Positions 54,091 through 64,000 of a stretch of 64,000 nucleotides of DNA are shown here, one piece after another. How positions within the stretch are numbered: the stretch's first letter is position 1; each line of letters begins with the position of its first letter. Origin of the DNA: Octopus vulgaris (taxonomy: Eukaryota); contig OX597818.1 of NCBI GenBank assembly GCA_951406725.2, positions 112,964,001 to 113,028,000 of the forward strand. Reading direction: 5' to 3'. The notes under the pieces were generated by a model. It was given only the letters and a program-made list of their open reading frames with translations, was not told the DNA's origin and searched no databases. A program made the position numbers and the translations under genes.

Positions 54091-54574
54091 ATATATATAT
54101 ACACAAAGAAAGAGGAGGAGGGCGAGATTCACAGAGAGACAGGTAGTCTGTCATAAAAACAGTCTTATCTTATTATATAATTTAATCGATAAAAGACTAA
54201 TTTTCACTAATTAGTGTTTCAGTTGTTTAAGAAAGAGATACGAAAACAGTTAAATTGAAATATCAACAATTGTATGTAACAATTTGTGTTTTAGACATAG
54301 ACACTAAATAAATTATTTTCTGTAGCCCAAGGTGCAATAAGATGCTAGAAAAGATGATGTGTAGGAAAGTAAAGTTATTATTAAAATGGTAATTGGATAA
54401 AGCTCTTGTAAAAAAAAAAGAAAAAGTAAGAAAAATGTAAAATGAAGTGGTTTTTTTTCTCTCTCTGATTTAGTGATCTCTGATTCAGTTGAATATATTT
54501 TTATTCATTAAAATCGCTAGCGCGACGAGCAAGTAAACATCATGAAAACAAAATGTTCAGAAGCATTTCGTATT

Positions 54575-54720
54575 TCCGATCACATATCAAATCCCGGGGA
54601 GGTCGACTTTGCCTTTCATCCTTTCGAAGTCAATGAAATGAAGTACCAGTTGAGCACTACGATCGATCTAAACGCCTAGCCTCCCTCGCCCCAAAATATC
54701 AGGCTTTGTGCCTATCATAA
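54575..54720 (+). mobile_element. SINE family N 3' part
   Basis: gaggtcgactttgcctttcatcctttcgaagtcaatgaaatgaagtaccagttgagcac. Confidence 0.75.
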
Positions 54721-54800
54721 GAAATGTTTTTATTTAAATGTCTGCCATTTAGTGTAACGTTTTTTCTCATGACATATATTTATATTTTAATACATATTTA

Positions 54801-55160
54801 TGGAGGCGCAATGACCCAGTTGTTAGGGCAGGGGACTCGCTGTTTCGATTCCCAGGCCGGGCACTGTCAGTATTTATTGAGCGCAGACACCTAAAAGGCT
54901 CCCGGCAGGCGGTGGTGGTGAACCTTGCTGTAATATTTCATCACAACTTTCTCTCAGTCTTTCTTCCTGTTTCTGTTGAACCTGTATTTCAAAGGGCCAG
55001 CCTTGTCTCACACTGTGTGATGCTGAATCCCGCACACGAGAACTACATTAAGTATATGCATATCTAGGGAGTGCTCAGCCACTTGCACGTTAATTTCACG
55101 AGCAGGCTGTTCCGTTGATCGGATCAACTGGAACCCTCGTCGTCGTAACCGAGGGAATGT
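54801..55160 (+). mobile_element. tRNA-derived SINE (head B, tail X)
   Basis: Head as in 34818, tail as in 7927-8102. Confidence 0.85.
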
Positions 55161-55399
55161 CACAAATACATATTTAAATAGTATATTTGTATATTTTGGT
55201 GTACGTAAGTACATAGGATTATTGTGAATCACATGATTCATTCACTAGGGACAGTCACTAAACGATATTTTCAAATTCTAAATGTTGATATAACACAAAT
55301 ACATTTTGCTACAAAAATTAAATTAAATTATAAATTAATTTTAGGTTATATAAAAACGACATCTTTTAGATCCATCTCCAGCAGGAACACAAAATAGAA

Positions 55400-55897
55400 A
55401 TTGAAAACTATGAAACTGAAAATAGGTTGGTAAAGAAAAGAATGCATGGTCAATTTCATAGGGATGTTGAAGATAAGACAGACAGAGAAAAAAGATGGCT
55501 AAGGATGACTAAAGGCTCTTGTCAGTGTTGCCTAAGAGCAAGCACTAAGAACAAATTACGTAAAATACAGAATAGACAGCACATCAGAAAGTGATAAGTG
55601 CAGAATCTGTGGACCGAACGGTGAAGCCGTATGGCATATTACCAGCCAAGAAGGATTATAAGAGACGCCATGACAATATAGCCAGGCTTGTCCATTGGAT
55701 ACTTTGCAACAAGTATGGACTTGACAGAGCCAAAAATTGGTATGACCACAAACCCGAAGGCATCGTCAAAAATGGAAATACAAAGATCCTATGGGCTTTT
55801 ATGATTCAGTGCGACCATAATATATAGAATAGGAAGCCGAACATAGTCTTAATTGAGAAAGAAAAACAAACTATGATCACTCAATAATAATAATAAT
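55400..55897 (+). mobile_element. R4/Dong-type retrotransposon fragment ending at (TAA)n
   Basis: MHGQF, EQALRTNY, DKCRICG...WHITS, YKRRHDNIARLVHWILC..WYDHKPE..KILWAFMIQCD..RKPNIV, then (AAT)n at 55883-55897. (TAA)n is the known Dong target. Confidence 0.88.
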
Positions 55898-56686
55898 ATT
55901 TATTCCATTACCTGACGAATAAAACAATTGTCTTCATACAGTTGCAACAAGAAAATCTCTACTTTCAATGTCTGGCTGCTTTTGTTGCAACATGATGAAT
56001 GAAGTAAATCAGTTACCAAAATATTGCAGAACTTTTGCGCCAACTCTCTACTTCCTCTTATTTTAGAATCTTTTGCGTAATGATTCTCCTCTCTCACTGA
56101 CTCTTACTCTTTCCCTCTCCATCCCTCCATCAACTTCTTTCCTTCTGTCTCACGCATTTTCTTGATCTCAGTCGTTAATTTGAGGACTTACTAAGATAAA
56201 AATTGTTAGAATTGCAAGGAAGCAAATAATGAATTGTTCAACGTTTGATTAGCCCCGTGATTTTGATTCCGCGATCTGCGAGTGAATAAATGAATATGGT
56301 ATTTTGATTAATAGAACAAAGACATTTTGTAGATAAAACAACTTTTGTTATAGCAGCGACATTTTATCATTCAATGTATGTCCGTTCATTAATTCCACAC
56401 CAAATGTCCAGGTTTATAATGACAGGGAAGCAACTGTAATTACATTATTAAACTTATGACATCTTGGGTCTTAGGTGGAGTTTAATCAAATTCGCCGGTA
56501 AAATTTATCGCCAGACGAGAAGACGAGAAATCTTGGTTCATACATATGTGTGTGTACTTGTGTGTGTGTGTGTGTGTCTGCTTGTGTGTGTGTGTATGTG
56601 TGTGATTGTATGTGTGTGTGTGTGTGTGTGTGCTTATATTACATACATTATATATATATATATATAAATAGGTTTATATATATATC

Positions 56687-56731
<45 letters not shown>

Positions 56732-56734
56732 AAT

Positions 56735-56784
<50 letters not shown>

Positions 56785-56909
56785 TATATATATATGGATA
56801 GATAGATTGATACATAGATAGATAGATAGATGCATATTTATATAAATACATATATATGTACGTACATGCACACAAACATATACAGACAGACACTCACGCT
56901 TGCATATAC

Positions 56910-56977
56910 ATGATGATAATGAAGAAGATGATGATGATGATGACGACGACGACGACGACGACTACGATGACGACGAC

Positions 56978-57012
<35 letters not shown>

Positions 57013-57013
57013 C
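56910..57013. repeat. (GAT)n/(GAC)n trinucleotide repeat
   Basis: Directly visible. Confidence 0.95.
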
Positions 57014-59767
57014 GCGATCACTACTATAGGGGCGAATGTTACTCTCCCTTCCTCGTAGATCCATAGATCAACACTGACTATTTCAGCGAATGCTTTCATT
57101 CTGTTCTTTAGAAGAGCAGCGTCTGTGCCGACTGCAGACTTCCACACAAGACTCTCAAACTCGTTTGCAGCCATTACACTACACTCCAAGATGTTCACGG
57201 CTGGGGTGAACTTGCCTTGTTACGTTTTGTCTTTTTCCTTGCCCTTCGTTCGTCCATTTCTTTCATTTTATTTTATTTCATTCCTTCATTTTTAGCCGAA
57301 TGATCTTTCATCCTCACCTGTCTGAACCTGCCCTGTTAATTATTTATTGCCCGGCCTATTTCCAAACTCCAGCGAGAATGATTGTTTTATAGAACCCACC
57401 AAAACTGTTCATGCAGCTCAAATCTTTAATGAGTCTTTCAAAGAAGGAGAGTCATACCGATCATAAAGTTCGTATATTTTCAGTCTTAAAAACGTTCTGA
57501 ATTATTGACAAATTGTTTACGCATAAGAATTATAATAGCATATCTTTACACGGACAAACGAACACATACACTCATAAATCCGTACGTAGATAAACATACG
57601 CATAGGGCTATCCATATACACGCCCTCTTGTAGATTGCCTAAACAATTCTGATAAAGAATTAAAATGAATAATAAAGACAAATGGCTTCATGCAGTGGAG
57701 CCTATCAGCAGTCGTAAACAATAAAAGAATTGCCGATTTGCTTTGATAACGTCTATGTATGTAGTGATGCAGAAAGTGAAAGTAGAAAACTTGCGGTGGC
57801 AGCAGGAGATTCAGCAATATCCATAAACCGCTGCGTTAATTTAAAATCTACTAACAACCGTGAGTGTTCGTCGTTGATAATATCAGTCAATACCAGTAGG
57901 CAGAGGTCCCTAGACGCTACTGGCAGTGATCGCAGGGATCATAGATTAGGGCGCAGCATGTCGCGATATGAGCGGTGATGTTTGATTTAGCAGCTGTGGG
58001 ATCGGGGTGTGAATCGGTAGCAATGGTAGTGGATGAGGCATTAACAGTCACGGTTCCTTGCTGCTACTACTAATATTATTAGTAGCAGCAATGAATTCAA
58101 TGAAAATGTGTAGCTGATAGTAAAGCCATCGGCTTAACTCTGATCAAATAATGAACATCGAGTTAAGACTCTGGATAATCAAAATTTCTTTGATTCGGAA
58201 ATTTCCAATATATTTCTCTGTAGCCGATAAATCTTCACTGGTTTTTACCGCATTCAGGGTGTTTGTGAGGGGGGGAAACGTGTGTTTTCATTTGTTACTT
58301 CAGCTGAACATGGAGCGACCAGATGTAGTGCTTGACCTATTTAGAATCTTGTAACTTGTAGACTACAGAGATATACAAACACTTTCCCGTGTCGGGTGCT
58401 GTTGACTTGTGTTCAATGGTATCGTCGAAAGTGGAGACGCCTCGGTGACTGGCGTCTTCGCGGGAGCATTATTGCGTTGACTGGTTGAATATCGAGGTCC
58501 TACCTGCGCACCGCCTTGAGAATAACAGGGTCAGTTCTCTCATTCTTTATCACAATATTTCAAGCAGAGTAAACCGCTCTTCTTTCATTACACCTGAATC
58601 ACAACAAAAGTGTTTGCAACAGCATGGAAATTTTAAAGACTATCACAGAAACGCACAAACGATTCTTACTAACTCCTGTCCCTTAAACCATGACTGAAGG
58701 ACAATATTTTTCCAAATATTATCCATAAAATTCACATGACTGAGTGCTTCTATGTGTCAGGCTTTCGAAATCCCTTCACTTTTGCGGCGCTGCTACAACA
58801 CTTAGCTACGCAACGTGTGCATAAGCAATTACGTCTGCTGACTGTTATTACATGTGCTATCTTACAATAAACATTCATCACTGGGATCGGCCAATGATAC
58901 CACAGATGTGCTTAACAAGAAAAGGAACGGATAAAGTGGAAATTTGGGTGCTCAGGTAAAGTACGACAGCAAATTGAACACGCAAAAAAAAAATACATGC
59001 AATGAAGAATCTACCGATACTATACAAACTAAAGAAAAGTCATTTTGACAAGGAGTCGGGATGAGCTCTGCCCTCTCATCGAGATTTAAGGAAAGAAGAG
59101 TGTCAGAACTATCAATTTCTGTTCGAATTTCTAATGCAATAGGAAAATCATACAACAGTCTGCTATAATGAATTCAAAGCAGAAAATCCATCTCTAAGTA
59201 TCTGGCAAACTTCTCTAGAATGGCTGAAACAGCGTACAGAAAAAATGTGAGAGGTTATAATAAATACTTACGTCTCATTTGTGATGTGTTTGCGTGTCAT
59301 TCTTCTTTGTATGTTTGGATTCTTCATATTTATTTTATTTTGTCAAGCATTAATATAGCATTGATAATATGGGTTGTTGCTTCACTTGTCCAAAGCATGT
59401 TATGTAGAAGTGATGAGTTCTGCTTATAAAGGAAATCATGTTTTCATGTTTGTTGATCTGCAAAAGAATTGTATATTTACAAAGTTTCAATTGTTATATG
59501 GATAATAACATATTTCTACAGAAATATCAATGATGTATTAAAATATATATATATATATTTCCTTAAGTGTCGACCATTGAAATATCTTTTATTCCTGTAT
59601 TATTGCACGATCAGTTGATGAAGTAACAATGTTGATAGGCCAAAGTTACGATGATGAGATTACGTATGTGAGGACAACACAAAGGACATGGCGTTTGTGC
59701 GCACAAATAATCGTTGTCAAAAGTGGTTGCATATTCCCAATCTCATATCATATATACACACACACAT

Positions 59768-59811
<44 letters not shown>

Positions 59812-59870
59812 GAGTCTGTCAGTCTATGTATGACACTGTCTCTCTCTGTATGTATGTATGTATGTATATG

Positions 59871-59906
<36 letters not shown>

Positions 59907-60690
59907 TAAATACATATACATATATGTATAGTTATAGGTTTGCATGTATATATGTAGGAATATATGTGTTTGCATTTATGTTATATAATACATAAGAAAT
60001 GAACATAATATCGACGTGTAAAATATACATTGGATTTATTCACATGGGTGTAAACACATGGATTGTTGCAACAGAATGTACAAAGAGCATAAAATAAACT
60101 GATAAAACATATAATATCCGGCTGTCTATTTCTGTAGAGTGTATTCGGAGACATAACCGGTTAAGTAGAAATATTTTTTGAAAAATGTGCTGCCAGATCC
60201 GTATGAAACATGGTAATAATTGGTATAAGCACGCTCACATACTGTGAAAAGCAATGATATGAATATAATAGTTGTGCCATATCTGCTCAGACAGGCGATG
60301 GGGATGAATGGAAGCGAAAATCTGAGATAAAATAGAAAAGGTTGAAATGAAATCCTATGCAGCTTGACATATTTCGATTTTTTCCAAGAAAAACTTCGCA
60401 TGAGAGAAATTTTATACAAGTATAAATAGGAAAACGGAGAGTAAATATATAATATTGTTAATGATAAATTTAAAAAATGTAAAATTAAATTTATTAAAAG
60501 GAAACGTATAAAATTTCTTCGAGATTTCACAATTGCACAATGGGTACGGTAAGACTCTACAGAACATTTTGCATTCAAGCAAGCAACACACAAGCTTCGT
60601 ATTCACATATGAATGCTATACAGTCTGCCCCAACAAAAACGAAATGTGCAAAATTACTATAAGATACTGAAGAATCATATTTTATTAGGT

Positions 60691-60738
<48 letters not shown>

Positions 60739-62125
60739 TAAACGTATTCCAACGATCAAGATATATTCTAGACCATACACTTATTTGTTATAATACAAAT
60801 AATACCAATAATCACTCCTAATATGCGCACAATACTGAGAATTTAAAATATTGGATTTAGTCGATTATATTGACCCTACTATATAGATTTTACTCGTACT
60901 ATATACTATCCACCAGAAAAAAAAATGCTCCAAATGAAAATTATTAAAATCTGTAAAAATACCCGAAGCGATTTTGGTCAACGATTTAATGAATCTGTAA
61001 GGTCATTATCTAAATAACACTAATAACAATAATAATTAAGTGCAGTCGGTATAACCACAGAATTAAGTACATCGTATCTGAATGCAAACTATAAACAGGC
61101 TGTATTCGCCCATGTTTTTTGTCGGCTGGTGTGTGCGTTAGAAATTAATTAAAAGAGCCCAGATTCCCAGAGACCTGAGCCAATCCAGAACTTCCTGGCT
61201 TTTCCTGAGAGTAGGAGTGTCAGCCCTGAACAGGTGTTAGTAACATGTATGGTTAAATTCTGAATACCAGTAGTACACCTTTTCGGCTAAGTGTATAGGA
61301 ACAATGATTTAGTCAACAACCTTGGCCAAGAATAAATTCCACGATATAATGATCGCGCATCCAACTTTACGAGGCTTTAATTTGTAAAGTGAGTGAAGGG
61401 AAAGACATCTGGCACCAATTTCACTTCAGCTCAGCTTCTAAGTGGTCATTAATTATTTTAGGAAATTATATAATCTCAGATTTAATTAATTTTATTCCAA
61501 TGTCAGCAATGACCCTTCTTTCATTATTTAAATAACTATTTTATATGGGGATTGTCATTGTAATTAATTTATATGAATCATAATTGCAGCAACCTTAAGC
61601 TCAGAGTTTTTCACATGAGCTCTTTATTTCTATGCCTAAACAATCGTTTTTCTTTTTCTTTTTCTGTGTTAGATCAGAGTCACAATATTTTCCATATCAA
61701 ATTCATTTTAACGGTGAACAATTTAGTACTGCCCCGCTGGCATTTTTTCACCAGTATTGTATGTATTTTATGATATAGTCATAATTAATAAAAATGTCTT
61801 GAGATATTACATCATCTAATGTAGCTCCTACTTTACTATTAAGATTTCATGCAGCTGGCGTCAATGGAGGTTTATTCCTCACTTATTCCAGAAAATATGC
61901 TTCAACGAATATAAGGCAACGGAAGGATACCTTGTCAAAATTGTTACGATTTCATTACGGTTTCCAAAGAACATGAGCCTTTAGAAGATTATCAAGTGAA
62001 ATATATTTTGGTTTGTGGACAGCGTATTCTAAACAGATCTTCCAGTTCATTTGTTTTGCACGTTCATTGGATTGGACAACGATTCTTTGATAGGGAATAT
62101 ATTTTCCTATTTATTTCCTTTTCGT

Positions 62126-62288
62126 GGCGCAGGTGCGATTGTGCGTTAAGAAGGAAGCTTCCCAGTCACATGGTTCTGGGTTCAGTTCCGCTTCGTGGTA
62201 CCTTACACAGCTGTCTTCGACTATTGTCTTACGCTCGACTAATGTCTCGAGAAGAGATGCGGTAGACAGAAACTGAACGAAAACCGCC

Positions 62289-62365
<77 letters not shown>

Positions 62366-62590
62366 TGTGTGTGTGCATTTGTGTCTGCGTTTGTCCCCCA
62401 CTACTGCCTGACAACCGGTTTGGGTGCGTTTACGAACCCGTAACTTAGCGCTTCGTCAAAAAGCTTCAGATAGAATAAGTACCAGCCTTTAAAATATTAA
62501 GCACTGGGGTCGATTAGTTCGACTAAAATCCTTCAAGGAGCTGCCCTAATATGACCGCAGTCTAATGAGTGAAAAAGTAAAAGATAAAAT
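62126..62590 (+). mobile_element. SINE family A, full length
   Basis: Same head, core, microsatellite and tail architecture as 15139-15585. Confidence 0.85.
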
Positions 62591-63569
62591 TAGATTCCAA
62601 TAATAGGGTGGAGAAGGATCGAACTCTTGCACAGTCATCATCTATTTATACGCACCGTGTCACCTAAATATGACGCTGAGCTTATTAACGCACATCATTT
62701 CATCTTAGTTTGAAAGTAATGTTATTGTTCCTGGAGAAATTAACTTCTTTTTTTTTTAGCTCCCCGTATTTCCACACGTATGTACATAATTCTGTCTAAA
62801 TATTTATAGTTGATATTTAAATTTTATATGTTTTACTAATTAATGTGTTTATCATCTGAGATGATCATGTTTTGTGCTTCTCATCAGTTGAAAAGATCAC
62901 GTAGATTTGAAACTGTTATACCATCAGAGAAAATGTGACAGACAGTATTTACACCTTAATTACTTTTACTGTACATTTTTTTCTCGTCAAAGTTTCGTAT
63001 TTCACCAGCCGGCTTAATATGATTAAAGTGAAGTACATGATTGATATTATTTTATCCGTGATATATCAGTAAGCATTTCATAGATTTAATTGTTGCAGAG
63101 GAGAAATAATTAAAGTTGTAAAGAACTTCTAAAATAATTAAAATGTCTTGACATAATTAACAAAAACGTGTTAGCGTCGTATCTATTAGTACCAACTTGT
63201 TTTTATGCTCCGTGACAATTCATGACATGTTATTCATCAAATAGCTCAAAAACTTTAAGAAGATTTACACAGAAGTAATATCATAAATCAAATTGTTAAC
63301 AGGTAATTGTAAACTAAAACTTCAAACACCAAAACTGTTCTGAATATACATTTTCGGAATGTTTTTCTTTACTTGTAATTTCTTAAATTTTATAGATTTT
63401 ATCAACCGGTATCATCTTGTTATCTGCAAGCATTTTTAGATATATACAAATATTTGTACTTGTAGATAAGGAGAATAAAACAGAAACACAACTGATGCTT
63501 TTAGGAAGACAATATCAAATTATACTTCAAGAAGTTGAGAGACATATTTAAGAATTGTATATAAAAATG

Positions 63570-63935
63570 TGGCACTCCGTCGGTTACGACGGCGAGGGTT
63601 CCGATTGATCCGATCTACGGAACAGCCTGTTCGGGAAATTAACGTGCAAGTGGTTGACCACTCCACAGACACGTGCACATCTTAACGTAGTTCTCGGAGA
63701 GATTCAACGTATCACAGAGTGTGACGAGGCTGGCCCTTCGAAATACAGGTACAAGGGACACCGAGGGAGAGAAAGTTGTGGTCAAAGAGTACAGCATAGT
63801 TCGCTACCACCACCACCCTGCCGGTGCCTCGTGTTTTCGCTCAATAAACACTCACAACGCCCAGTCTGGGAATCGAAACTGCGGTCCTACGACCACGAGT
63901 CCGCTGCCTTAATAACTGGGCCATTGTGCATCCAC
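63570..63935 (-). mobile_element. tRNA-derived SINE (head B, tail X)
   Basis: The reverse complement matches 54801-55160 over its length. Confidence 0.85.
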
Positions 63936-64000
63936 GTACAAATGTAAATAAAAAAGATACAAGGCGATTTTCTATATGTTTGATTCGTGCTGCAATGAAG

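Noticed and set aside
60126-60593. 155 aa hydrophobic minus-strand ORF
   Set aside because: The F/L/I/Y bias reflects T-rich composition; no motif.

Overview
AT-rich eukaryotic DNA saturated with microsatellites ((TA)n, (TG)n, (TACA)n, (GATA)n, (TAA)n). The repeat families and composition look like an octopus / coleoid cephalopod genome, which is an inference from pattern recognition and not a database result. No intact host protein-coding gene can be supported, and most ORFs in the track are microsatellite artefacts. The window is a retroelement landscape. It holds a ~3 kb 5'-truncated, frameshifted APE+RT LINE (CR1/L2 group) and a second decayed LINE, five R4/Dong-type restriction-like-endonuclease retrotransposon fragments, and at least four tRNA-derived SINE families. 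It also holds a complete non-autonomous Helitron, two Tc1/mariner relics and many Penelope-like (PLE) termini carrying minimal hammerhead-ribozyme (HHR) motifs, often as fold-back inverted repeats. Most notable: (i) an element at 15.8-16.3 kb joining a tRNA-type Pol III head, an (AAT)n linker and a PLE-type tail with an apparently intact minimal hammerhead, plus a PLE-style inverted 5' copy; (ii) an R4/Dong lineage whose three fragments all abut (TACA)n in the same orientation; (iii) a SINE family that shares its 3' tail with a LINE in the same window and whose internal (TA)n acts as a landing pad for PLEs.
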